Assembly (NCBI GenBank): GCA_001567085.1
Contig: LMZS01000062.1
Span: forward strand, 10,658 to 74,657
Direction of reading: 5' to 3'
Length of the DNA: 64,000 bases
Origin: Chloroflexi bacterium OLB15
GTDB taxonomy: Bacteria; Chloroflexota; Anaerolineae; Aggregatilineales; Phototrophicaceae
The notes beneath the pieces were generated by a model, which saw only the letters and a list, made by a program, of their open reading frames with translations, was not told the origin of the DNA and did no database searches. The position numbers and the translations under genes are program-made. Of the stretch, positions 9,417 to 18,868 are shown one piece after another (within the stretch, counting starts at the first letter, position 1; the number at the start of each line of letters is the position of its first letter).

Positions 9417-10622
9417 ATGATTATGGCTGAGGATGTCGGCTTTATCACGATGGCGGGCGCAAAGGCGGAAGGCGAAGCGCCCACAATTGGCATCGGTATG
9501 CTGGGATATGCATTTATGGGCAAAGCGCACACCAATGCGCTGAAGAAACTGCCCTACATGATGTATCCGCCGATAGCGGTGCCCAGGCTGGTTGCGATTT
9601 GCGGGCGTAATGCTGACGCCACCGCAGAGGCCGCTAAGCGATATGGCTATGAAAAATACTATACAGACTATCACCAACTCATTGCCGATCCCGATGTTCA
9701 GGTGTTTGATAACGGCGGCCCGAATGATGCCCACGCCGCGCCCACGATTGCGGCGGCGCAGGCAGGTAAACACGTATTTTGCGAGAAGCCGTTGGGGCGT
9801 ACCGCTGAAGAATCGGCGTCTATGCTGGAAGCGGTGCGGGCGGCAGGCGTGAAGCACATGGTGGCTTTCAACTACCGGTTTGTCCCCGCGATTGTGCTGG
9901 CGAAGCAGTTGATCGAAAGCGGCAAGCTGGGGCGCATTTTCCACTTCCGCGCGGTGTATTTGCAGGAATGGATCATTGACCCGAATTTCCCGAAAATCTG
10001 GCGGTTGGATAAATCGGTAGCGGGCAGCGGCGCGCTGGGCGATCTGGGCGCGCATGTCATTGATCTGGCGCGCTATCTGGTAGGTGAGCCGAAGAAGGTC
10101 ATGGGCATGACCAAAACCTTCGTTGATGAGCGCCCGCTTCCTGATGGCAGCGGCATGGGCAAGGTAGATGTAGACGATGCCTTCGTTTCGCTGATGGAAT
10201 TTGAGAGCGGCGCGATTGGCACGATTGAAGCTTCTCGTTTCGCGCAGGGGCGCAAGAACTACAACAGCCTTGAAATTAACGGTGAAAACGGCTCAATTCA
10301 GTTCAACCTTGAGAAGATGAACGAACTCAACGTGTTCTGGGCGAATGAAGAGCCGAAAGAGACGCGCGGTTTTCACAACGTGCTGGTTAGCGAAAGCTAT
10401 CACCCGTTCTGGAGCAACTGGTGGCCGCAGGGGCATATCATCGGCTGGGAACACACCTTCGTGCATGAATTCAACCACTTTTTCGGCGCGATTCTGGGCC
10501 AGCATGAGGTCGCGCCGTATGGGGCAGACTTCGTGGACGGCTACCGCAATTCGGTGATCTGCGATGCCATTGTGAATTCATCGCAAAGCGGGCGACAGGT
10601 GGATATCAAGTACGACTATTAG
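9417..10622 (+). CDS. Gfo/Idh/MocA family oxidoreductase
   Basis: GGAGGA RBS; N-terminal Rossmann segment IGIGMLGYAFMGKAH; EKP motif FCEKPL; ~400 aa (start may be ATG 9423). Confidence 0.9.
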   Translation: MIMAEDVGFITMAGAKAEGEAPTIGIGMLGYAFMGKAHTNALKKLPYMMYPPIAVPRLVAICGRNADATAEAAKRYGYEKYYTDYHQLIADPDVQVFDNGGPNDAHAAPTIAAAQAGKHVFCEKPLGRTAEESASMLEAVRAAGVKHMVAFNYRFVPAIVLAKQLIESGKLGRIFHFRAVYLQEWIIDPNFPKIWRLDKSVAGSGALGDLGAHVIDLARYLVGEPKKVMGMTKTFVDERPLPDGSGMGKVDVDDAFVSLMEFESGAIGTIEASRFAQGRKNYNSLEINGENGSIQFNLEKMNELNVFWANEEPKETRGFHNVLVSESYHPFWSNWWPQGHIIGWEHTFVHEFNHFFGAILGQHEVAPYGADFVDGYRNSVICDAIVNSSQSGRQVDIKYDY

Positions 10623-10647
10623 CAACTCCATCGCGTGATGCGCCTTG

Positions 10648-10688
10648 AATGCCCTGCTTACATTTTGAGATTAGGCAGGGCATTTTTT
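10648..10688 (+). terminator. rho-independent terminator after the Gfo/Idh/MocA gene
   Basis: AATGCCCTGC ... GCAGGGCATT 10-bp stem followed by a T run. Confidence 0.8.
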
Positions 10689-10795
10689 AACGCCATATTT
10701 TTGATGGTGTCTGGCACTAGCGGGCTAACCCTTTCCTGATTTACCCTAATCGTAATTTGCAGCATTTATCCTGTAATTGAACTGTTGAGGTCGCT

Positions 10796-12031
10796 ATGGC
10801 CGCATCGTTTGCCCGATTTTTCGGCAGCGTGCGCGATTTGCCGCGTGCGTTTGCGCTTTCATCGCTGCTGGCTGGCTTGCTGGTGGTTGTGGTGGTGTTT
10901 TCTGGCCCGGCGCTGATTATAGTGCAGGCTGCAACCGCCGGTAATTTGACCGAAGCGCAGTCCGCCTCATGGGTGTGGGCGGTGGTGATCGGCTCCGGGT
11001 TGTTCAGCATTATCATGTCGCTGTGGTACCGAATGCCGGTGAAGGCCGCGTGGTCTACGCCCGGCGCGGTACTGTTGATCTCAAGCCTTTCGCTTTACAG
11101 CTACGATGCCGCGATCGGCGCCTTTATTGCGGCATCCGTCGCCACGATTGTGCTGGGGCTGACCGGGTGGTACAGCCGCTTGATCGGCTTAATACCCAAC
11201 GAAGTCATTATGGGGATGCTGGCGGGCGTTTTGCTGCGTTATGGCACAGGCCTGTTTGCGGTGCTTCCGGATAACACGGTGATGGTTACCCTGATGATCA
11301 TCACGTTTTTTCTGCTTAAACGGGTGAACTTCCGCGCGCCTACGCTGGGCGCATTACTGATCGGTTTGGTGATTGCGGCTATCAGCGGTCAGTTGAACCT
11401 GCCACCGATATCCCTTGCCGTCACCCAACCGGTATTTACAGCGCCGTCATTCAGCTTCGAAGCTATTTTAGGGCTGGGGTTGCCGCTGTTTATGCTGGCG
11501 GTGACCACACAGGATGCGTCTGGGTTGGCAGTATTGAGGAATTATGGCTACGAGGTGCCGATAGACGGGGTACTCAAATTTACCGGCATAGGATCGCTGC
11601 TGCTGGCGCCATTTGGCTGTCATGGCCTCAATCTGGCGGCAATCACAGCGGCGATGATCGCTAGCCCTGAAGCCCACCGCGATCCGAACAAGCGGTACAC
11701 GGCAGGGGTATCCATCGGCCTGTGGTATTTGCTCTTAGGAACTTTTAGCGCGGCGGCGGTGGCGGCTTTCTCTTCGCTGCCCCCGGCCATGATTGCGGCG
11801 GTCGCCGGCTTAGCCGTGCTTGGGGCGATCACCAGTTCAACAGCTACGGCGATGCAGGCGTCAAATACCCGCGAGGCGGCGATTGTTGCGCTCTTGTGTA
11901 CGGCGGCTAATTTCAATCTGTTCAGCATTGCAGCGCCGTTTTGGGGACTGGTTTTTGGGGTGCTGGTGCACGTGATTATGAATGGTCGCCGTTCTAATAC
12001 CCTCAATGATGCGGATATAGAATCTTCCTGA
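10796..12031 (+). CDS. BenE-like (benzoate/H+ symporter family) membrane transporter
   Basis: 411 aa, about 12 hydrophobic segments, overall resemblance to the BenE family; pattern-level call only. Confidence 0.7.
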   Translation: MAASFARFFGSVRDLPRAFALSSLLAGLLVVVVVFSGPALIIVQAATAGNLTEAQSASWVWAVVIGSGLFSIIMSLWYRMPVKAAWSTPGAVLLISSLSLYSYDAAIGAFIAASVATIVLGLTGWYSRLIGLIPNEVIMGMLAGVLLRYGTGLFAVLPDNTVMVTLMIITFFLLKRVNFRAPTLGALLIGLVIAAISGQLNLPPISLAVTQPVFTAPSFSFEAILGLGLPLFMLAVTTQDASGLAVLRNYGYEVPIDGVLKFTGIGSLLLAPFGCHGLNLAAITAAMIASPEAHRDPNKRYTAGVSIGLWYLLLGTFSAAAVAAFSSLPPAMIAAVAGLAVLGAITSSTATAMQASNTREAAIVALLCTAANFNLFSIAAPFWGLVFGVLVHVIMNGRRSNTLNDADIESS

Positions 12032-12151
12032 TCGGCGCAGGCTTTTCAGCCTATTTCGCAAGATAAAACACGATCAATGGAACTGCCGGAACGCAAATTG
12101 CGTCAAGGAAGTGATGTTTGCGTTTATTGTGCAGAATTTGAGAGGTAGCTT

Positions 12152-12571
12152 GTGAAGCGTTTGATACGGATTGTGTTCTGGATATTGGCGTTTGCTGCTG
12201 TCAGCGGGATGGTGGCGCTGGCGGTGTTATTTGCGGCCACGCGCCCATCGTTACAGGTGTTGTGGCAAAGCTGCCAGCCAGAAACGATGACTTATGATGA
12301 TGGCATCTATTGTATTTCGGTGATCGAGCGCGAGATGGATTTATCGGGTTGGCCGCTGTATGTGGATAATCATTACGCGCTTGTGGTGACGCGGGGCAGC
12401 CAAACCGATTACGGCCACATGGTAGATTACAGCTTCACCAACAACGGCAGCGATATATCAGCCTACATCAACCAATCCCAATCGGAATGGTCGCCGGAAG
12501 GGGTGACATTTGTAGAGCAGGATGGGCACCGGCTATTTATTCCTGCCAGCGTGTTTATAGGCGGGCGCTGA
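12152..12571 (+). CDS. hypothetical membrane-anchored protein
   Basis: GTG start after GAGAGG; N-terminal TM helix IVFWILAFAAVSGMVALAVLFAA; no motif recognised. Confidence 0.55.
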   Translation: MKRLIRIVFWILAFAAVSGMVALAVLFAATRPSLQVLWQSCQPETMTYDDGIYCISVIEREMDLSGWPLYVDNHYALVVTRGSQTDYGHMVDYSFTNNGSDISAYINQSQSEWSPEGVTFVEQDGHRLFIPASVFIGGR

Positions 12572-12781
12572 TCGCGCTAACGGCGTTTTCAGGCGCGGCA
12601 CACGTGTTTTGCCGGCTGTGGCTGTGAATCGGCGCTCATGCTGGCTCGCATCTGGCAGATTCGATGCCGCCAGCTAACTTGCCGGAGGTTGTGGCAGGGG
12701 CTACACTCAAACTCATCATGCTTCTCTACAATGAGTGTGCTGGCTGAAGCAAACTGAAAATATGCAACGGAGCGTAACCCT

Positions 12782-13447
12782 ATGATTGACCGCGCCGCAG
12801 AGATGACAGCGATTGCCGATCAGGTGTTGATCTGCCAGAAATGCGATCTTTCCAAAACGCGAACGAAGGCTGTGCCGGGCTATGGCGACATCAACGCTGA
12901 AATCCTGTTCATCGGTGAGGGGCCGGGTTTTCATGAAGACAAGCAGGGGCTGCCATTCGTTGGGCGTTCTGGCGAGTATCTCGATAAGCTGCTGGCGCTG
13001 CTCGGTCTGAATCGCAGTCAGGTATTCATCACCAATGTGGTGAAGTGCCGTCCGCCAGAAAATCGCGACCCGATGCCAGATGAAATCCTCGCCTGTAAAC
13101 CATATTTAGAGAAGCAGCAATCGCTGATTGACCCGCTAATTATCGTCACTTTGGGGCGTTTCAGCATGGCGCGCTACTTTCCCGGCGATAAAATTACGCA
13201 GATTCACGGCAAGCCGAAATTTGATGATCGGGTAGCCTATTACCCGCTGTTTCACCCGGCGGCGGTGCTGCGTAACCCTTCGCTGCAAGAGACGATGGCG
13301 CAGGATTTTAAGCGCATCCCGCAGGTGATTGAGGAAGTGAGGAAGCGGCGTGAGGCTGCCGGTAACGGGGGGCGTGCGCCAAAGCAATCCGCTACAGGCG
13401 AGCCGCCGAAAACGGACGATAAACCAACACAACTCTCAATGTTTTAG
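12782..13447 (+). CDS. uracil-DNA glycosylase, family 4
   Basis: Cys cluster CQKCDL, motif A FIGEGPGFHED, motif VVKCRPP, HPAA near the C-terminal part. Confidence 0.9.
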   Translation: MIDRAAEMTAIADQVLICQKCDLSKTRTKAVPGYGDINAEILFIGEGPGFHEDKQGLPFVGRSGEYLDKLLALLGLNRSQVFITNVVKCRPPENRDPMPDEILACKPYLEKQQSLIDPLIIVTLGRFSMARYFPGDKITQIHGKPKFDDRVAYYPLFHPAAVLRNPSLQETMAQDFKRIPQVIEEVRKRREAAGNGGRAPKQSATGEPPKTDDKPTQLSMF

Positions 13448-13557
13448 GAAACTTTCGCCGTTGCCCCATCAGAGGGAAGCTGCGCTGATGGACGGGAAGT
13501 TTTTGCAGCGGTGTACGGCAGTATGCCCGAAATTGGGGATAGTTTGAGGTCAATTGA

Positions 13558-14121
13558 ATGGCAAAGTTCTACGAAAGCATCAACGACGATTTGCAGAAGT
13601 TCATTCTTAAGCAGCACATATTTTTCGTGGCGAGCGCGCCATTAAGTGCTGATGGGCATGTAAACCTTTCGCCCAAGGGTCAGGATTGCTTCCGCATCCT
13701 TTCACCTAACCGCGTCGCTTATCTGGATTTGACCGGCAGCGGTAATGAAACTTCGGCGCATCTGCTGGAAAATGGCCGGATCACCTTCATGTTTTGCGCG
13801 TTTGAAGGCCCGCCCAATATTCTGCGGCTGTATGGCGAAGGGCATACCGTGCTGCCGGATACGCCAGAATGGGACGAGCTTAGCCCGCTGTTCACGCTGA
13901 TAATTGGTGCGCGGCAGATCATCGTCGCTGATATTCACATGGTGCAAACCTCATGCGGCTATGCGGTGCCGGTTTACGATTACAAGAGCGAGCGCGATCA
14001 ACTGCGAAAGTGGTCAGAGCACAAAGGCGAAGAAGGGCTTCAGCAATACTGGCAAGAGAAAAACCTGTGCAGTATAGATAAGCTGCCTTCGGCGTTGGGG
14101 GAGCGGGAAACTTCAATATAA
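13558..14121 (+). CDS. pyridoxamine 5'-phosphate oxidase family protein
   Basis: 187 aa; split-barrel flavoprotein-like pattern (FFVASAPLSADGHVNLSPKG ... YLDLTGSGNET). Confidence 0.7.
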   Translation: MAKFYESINDDLQKFILKQHIFFVASAPLSADGHVNLSPKGQDCFRILSPNRVAYLDLTGSGNETSAHLLENGRITFMFCAFEGPPNILRLYGEGHTVLPDTPEWDELSPLFTLIIGARQIIVADIHMVQTSCGYAVPVYDYKSERDQLRKWSEHKGEEGLQQYWQEKNLCSIDKLPSALGERETSI

Positions 14122-14217
14122 AGAGAGGCGCTTCATCGCCAAAGGCTTAAGCCGTGGGCTATAGTCTGCGGTTGCTAAAAAGGGCAGATTTTCATTTCTA
14201 TAGATGGGAGAAGTGGC

Positions 14218-16041
14218 ATGAAGCGCATGGTAAAGTTCTTCACCCTGATTGTCTCTTTGCTCCTCCTCGCTATGCCTGTTCTGGCTCAATCTGGCGAAAC
14301 GCCGATGACCCGATTTCTGGAAGCCAACGGCGCGGTCACCTGTGAAGCATCGCCGGGCTTTCAGTGTGTAGATATTACCGTCCCGCTGGATCACACCAAT
14401 CCCGATAACGGCGAAACGATAGACATCAGCTTTGCGGTGATCCCTGCCGGTAACCCTGAAGCGCGGCGGGGAATGTTCGTGACGGTGGTCGGCGGCCCCG
14501 GTTATTCCGGCCTGTATGCCGCTGATGTTTACTCGTCGTATTTTTATCCCGAAGTCTTTGAAAATTTTGACGTCGTGTTCTTTGACCAGCGCGGCATCGG
14601 CCAATCAGAGGGCGTGCGCTGTGATGACGCGGCGCTAGCCTATTATCTGGCTGATACGGCGGATCAGGAAGCCCTGTTGGATGCCGCAGAAACGTTTGCA
14701 ACCGGCTGTATGGCGGCGATTGATCGCCCTGATCTGCTGCCGTATTTAGGCACCACGCAGGCGGTGGAAGACCTCGAGCTTTTCCGGCAGGCAGTGGGCG
14801 ATGAGCAGTTCTGGCTGTACGGTGAAAGCTATGGCACGCAGTTTTCGCAAACCTATACCGCCGCCTATCCTGAACGTGTCGCCGGTTTGATATTGGATGG
14901 CGTCGTTGATTTGACGCTGGAAGGCGCAGATTTTTACGCGGGGCAGGACGCCGCTTTTGAAAATGCGACGACGGAATCGCTGCTGGCTTGTGCCGATGAT
15001 CCAGCCTGCGCGGCAGAGTTTCCGGACGGCGCGCCAGATGTGTTTTTCTCGAATTTTCAGGCGCAGCTTGCGGATACGCCGATCACAGTTGATTTTGTGC
15101 TGGCAGACGGCACGCTTGCGCAGCGCGAACTGAGTGATCCCTTACTGAATGCCGCCCTTTATGATGCGATGTATACCGAATTTGGGCGGGCAGTTTTTGT
15201 GCGCGAACTGGCCGCTGCCGCCAATGGTAATTACGTTCCTCTGCTGCGCCATGCCTATTCGGCGCTGTTTTTGAACCCTGAAACGCTGGAATTAGAACCG
15301 GATCCATCATGGTCGGATGGCGCGTATTACGCGATAGATTGCAGCGATTATGTATATTCGCTGGAGCAGAGCGATCCGGTATGCCCGTTCTGGACGCTGG
15401 CACAGCCCCCACAAGAGCGCCCCGCGCCGCTGACCGCCGGTGTGCCGACGTTGATTTTGAACGCCACGCTTGATCCCGCGACGCCGGTGCAGAATGGGTA
15501 TGATGTGGCTGCGCGTTTGCCAGACGCCTACAGCATCACGATGGAAGGCGGGCCGCATGTGATTTACGGGCGCGGCGGCACTTGCCCGGATGATCAGGTG
15601 ACGGCGTTTCTGGTGAGCGGTGAAGTGCCAGCAGCGCGTGAGAGCTTTTGCGACGGCGTGATCATGACCGATTACATCCCTGTACTGCCGGTTGAGCTGA
15701 CCAATGTAGCGGAAGTGCTGACCCGCTTCGACCAGAATCGCGAGTCTGCGCCGCAGTACCTGTACTGGGATGTGGTCACGCCATTTGCGATGGGCTGCGA
15801 TTTTGGCGGCACGGTGAGCTATGAGGCTGCCGACGCAGGCGAAATGATGACCTTCGATGCCTGCGGCTTCGTGCCGAATGTTTTTGTGACAGGCACCGGC
15901 ATGCTGGATTACGACACGGGAATATTCACGCTGAACGCGACGTTAAGCGGTGAGTTATCCGGCGATGTGGTTTTCACTCGCGTGGGGTTGTATGCCACTG
16001 ACGCGGTGAATCCCGAAGTTGAGGTTACTTCTGGTTCCTAA
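14218..16041 (+). CDS. secreted alpha/beta hydrolase (S33 tripeptidyl-aminopeptidase-like)
   Basis: Signal peptide MKRMVKFFTLIVSLLLLAMPVLAQ; nucleophile elbow GESYG; FDQRGIG block. Confidence 0.8.
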   Translation: MKRMVKFFTLIVSLLLLAMPVLAQSGETPMTRFLEANGAVTCEASPGFQCVDITVPLDHTNPDNGETIDISFAVIPAGNPEARRGMFVTVVGGPGYSGLYAADVYSSYFYPEVFENFDVVFFDQRGIGQSEGVRCDDAALAYYLADTADQEALLDAAETFATGCMAAIDRPDLLPYLGTTQAVEDLELFRQAVGDEQFWLYGESYGTQFSQTYTAAYPERVAGLILDGVVDLTLEGADFYAGQDAAFENATTESLLACADDPACAAEFPDGAPDVFFSNFQAQLADTPITVDFVLADGTLAQRELSDPLLNAALYDAMYTEFGRAVFVRELAAAANGNYVPLLRHAYSALFLNPETLELEPDPSWSDGAYYAIDCSDYVYSLEQSDPVCPFWTLAQPPQERPAPLTAGVPTLILNATLDPATPVQNGYDVAARLPDAYSITMEGGPHVIYGRGGTCPDDQVTAFLVSGEVPAARESFCDGVIMTDYIPVLPVELTNVAEVLTRFDQNRESAPQYLYWDVVTPFAMGCDFGGTVSYEAADAGEMMTFDACGFVPNVFVTGTGMLDYDTGIFTLNATLSGELSGDVVFTRVGLYATDAVNPEVEVTSGS

Positions 16042-16786
16042 GCTGTACGTAGTGAACATGGCTTTGCTGGCGTAGTTCAAACCACTCAGGATGCGCCTTG
16101 ATCAGCAGCAGTAGCTGGCTGTGGCCGTAGGTGCGCGGGTCAAAAGCAGGGTCAAGCTGGCGTAATTTATTGCCTAACTGGCTTAACCCTGCCCAGCCAT
16201 CTTCGCCTACAGCAAGGTCAAACGCTTTTTTGAAGATTTTAGGCGTGTTATTTTGTGCTGCTACCTTTTTCTTGGCTGGAGTGCTTGCTGGAGATGCCGC
16301 CGCTTTTGTAGAGGGCGTCAGCGTGATAGGCTCTGGCGGGATGAGATTTTCGGTATAGACGAATAGATCGCAGGCTTTTACGAAGGCTTCTGGCGTCGTC
16401 TTTTTGCCGATGCCGATCACGAATAGATTTTTTTCGCGAATGCGGGTCGCCAGCCGCGTGTAATCGCTGTCGCTGGATACCAGGCAGAAGCCGTCCACGC
16501 CAGAGGTGTAAAGAATATCCATCGCATCAATGATCATGGCGCTGTCGGTGGCATTTTTGCCCACAGTGTAGCGAAACTGCTGGATTGGCTGGAAGGCGTG
16601 GGTGTTCAGCGTTTCTTTCCAGCCCTTCATTTCCGGGTTAGTCCAATCGCCATAGATGCGGCGAATGTTGATCACCCCGTATTTGCTGGCTTCGGTCAAC
16701 ATGCTGTCTAACAGCGACGCCTGTGCATTATCGCCGTCAATCAACATGGCGATTCGGTTATTTTTCTCGACGTTGATATCTGGCAT
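16025..16786 (-). CDS. NYN (LabA-like) domain protein with C-terminal OST-HTH/LOTUS domain
   Basis: IAMLIDGDNA, RIYGDW and LVSSDSDY acidic NYN blocks; Pro/Ala/Lys linker; C-terminal GWAGLSQLGNKLRQLDPAFDPRTYGH LOTUS-like segment. Confidence 0.85.
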   Translation of the reverse strand: MPDINVEKNNRIAMLIDGDNAQASLLDSMLTEASKYGVINIRRIYGDWTNPEMKGWKETLNTHAFQPIQQFRYTVGKNATDSAMIIDAMDILYTSGVDGFCLVSSDSDYTRLATRIREKNLFVIGIGKKTTPEAFVKACDLFVYTENLIPPEPITLTPSTKAAASPASTPAKKKVAAQNNTPKIFKKAFDLAVGEDGWAGLSQLGNKLRQLDPAFDPRTYGHSQLLLLIKAHPEWFELRQQSHVHYVQLRNQK

Positions 16787-16792
16787 TTTCGC

Positions 16793-17245
16793 TTACGATC
16801 CTTTACTTGCCGGGTCTGCGCCTGAAAGTGGCATATCGCCAAACAGGGTTCCGTCGCTGATGGGTATACTATTGAGCATGTGCAGCGCTTCAACTTTGGC
16901 TTTAATGCCGCGCGCCAGAAAACGGAGATAATTTTCCCATAAGCCGGGGCGATAAAAATGGGTTTCGCCATTTGACCACTGGAAAACAGGCGTTTCGTAG
17001 GTATTCGGGCGCGGCAGGGCAAATGGTACGGTAGTTTCATCTACGCCAGAAACGAAATCGCCTTCAAACGGCAAATTGAGATTGATGAATGCGGCCACCA
17101 GTTGGCCGCTGCTTGCGTTAACGCTGCCTACAATTTCAATGCGATCATCGGTATACGCGGTTTGTATCACCAGTGGGTTAGTAGGGGAAAGCACGCCTTC
17201 ATTTTGCAAAATGAACGCGGCAACGGAGAATATCTCGTCAGACAT
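16793..17245 (-). CDS. hypothetical protein, operonic with the NYN/LOTUS gene
   Basis: 150 aa ORF ending 6 nt before the NYN start codon; no motif recognised. Confidence 0.6.
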   Translation of the reverse strand: MSDEIFSVAAFILQNEGVLSPTNPLVIQTAYTDDRIEIVGSVNASSGQLVAAFINLNLPFEGDFVSGVDETTVPFALPRPNTYETPVFQWSNGETHFYRPGLWENYLRFLARGIKAKVEALHMLNSIPISDGTLFGDMPLSGADPASKGS

Positions 17246-17306
17246 ACAGCCACCTTTTACATTAAGGCGTCTAAAAGCCGCCCGTACAGGATGAACCAGA
17301 ACTCAA

Positions 17307-18488
17307 GTGAAACATACTATGCCTGATTCTACCACCCCCCCGCCAGCCTTGCGCGTTGAGCAAACACCTTTCACCCGTCACACAATGGCCGCGCGCGTGC
17401 CGGGCATCTTGCGGCAGGTTTCCGAACGTAACCCGGATTATGATCCGGCGGTTCATGCTGCCATCAATGAACTGGCGTTAGCGCTGGTGAACGATGCCAT
17501 CATGCCGCTGCCGAACCATGAATGGCCTGATTATGAGGCGTGGGCGACTCTTTTTGAGCCGTATGCGGGTGAATCGTGGCTGCATACGAATTGGTTTTTT
17601 GCCGAAGTGTACGTTTACCACCTGCTGCTGCACGCTGTAGGCTATTTTGAGGGCAAACGCGATCCATTCGCGCCGTACAAACACGAAGAGCTTCAAGGCG
17701 CTGCGCTGCCACAGGTCTTAAAGCAGGGGTTGGCGCTGCGCGATCAACCTGCGCGTGAACGCCTGAACGGTTTGCTGGAATTGGCGCTGTTTGCCAATCG
17801 CATGGATTTGAGCCTGACGACATCGGCGGCTTTAGGCACGCATGCCCACGCGGGCGATATGCTGGCAGATGACCGCGCTGCGGCGCTGGATCACCTGTTA
17901 GGCAGCGAAGCGGGTACGATCCATCTGATCGCGGATAACGCCGCCGCCGAATTGACGCTGGATTTGCTGTTGATTGATGCGCTGCTGGAAACAGCGGCGG
18001 CAGACGTGTTCCTTCATCTGAAGGCGCGGCCTATGTTTGTGAGCGATGCTACGCCGCACGATTTAGCAGCGCTTTTGAACGTGGTCTTCAAAACTATTCC
18101 GGTAGATGGGGCAGCGGAATTGGGCAGCCGGCTAATGCTGGCGGGCTGGCAGGGGCGCCTCAAAGTCACATCCTTTGAAGAATGGAATCGCCCTCATTTC
18201 TTGCGCGATCTTCCTGAAGATGCCTTGCAAGCCTTCGCCAGCGCCGCGCTGGTGATCACCAAAGGCGATCTCAATTACCGCCGGATCACCGGTGATGCTT
18301 TGTGGAATCCAGCGACGCCTTTTGCCGAAGCTGCGGCATATTTTCCCGCGCCGCTGCTGGCGCTGCGTACCCTGAAATCGGAATCCATCGTCGGCTTACA
18401 GCCGGGGCAGGCTGAAAAGCTGGATGCCGAAGATCCGAAATGGCGTATCAGCGGCAGGCGCGGCGTAATACAGTTGAGTAAAAAATAG
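17307..18488 (+). CDS. DUF89/ARMT1-like damage-control phosphatase family protein
   Basis: Blocks LIADNAAAELTLDLLLID and ITKGDLNYRR typical of DUF89; start may be ATG 17319. Confidence 0.8.
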   Translation: MKHTMPDSTTPPPALRVEQTPFTRHTMAARVPGILRQVSERNPDYDPAVHAAINELALALVNDAIMPLPNHEWPDYEAWATLFEPYAGESWLHTNWFFAEVYVYHLLLHAVGYFEGKRDPFAPYKHEELQGAALPQVLKQGLALRDQPARERLNGLLELALFANRMDLSLTTSAALGTHAHAGDMLADDRAAALDHLLGSEAGTIHLIADNAAAELTLDLLLIDALLETAAADVFLHLKARPMFVSDATPHDLAALLNVVFKTIPVDGAAELGSRLMLAGWQGRLKVTSFEEWNRPHFLRDLPEDALQAFASAALVITKGDLNYRRITGDALWNPATPFAEAAAYFPAPLLALRTLKSESIVGLQPGQAEKLDAEDPKWRISGRRGVIQLSKK

Positions 18489-18868
18489 CCCTGAGCGGGA
18501 AAATCTGCATAAGGTTAGAAGTGAAAACCCTCACGCTGCTGCGGGTTGTGTTTTTGCCATGTCACCGGGAGGGCGCGTAAAGGCGATTCGCCGCTTCAAT
18601 GTGCGCGCTTCCGGAGCCGGTAAGAGAGAATCTTCGCTTTTTTATAGCCCTCAAATTTGCGATCACATTGCTGGCAATATGGATACCCTGACGCTCTGAA
18701 AACATGCTACGCTTTCACTCTCAATGGCGCTTTGCAAAAGGCTTATTGGAAAGCCGCTTCTGATTGAGAGGGCTAAAAATATGCCCTGAAAAGCGGATCG
18801 CAGCGCCGGGAAGTAAGCCATTTGTTGTTTGGCTTTTGCTTATTCGCCTCCATACAACGGAGTTCAAA

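Noticed and set aside
18489-18868. Possible riboswitch in the long leader
   Set aside because: I could not recognise any conserved riboswitch core (TPP, SAM, cobalamin, FMN, glycine, c-di-GMP, fluoride, guanidine) by eye.
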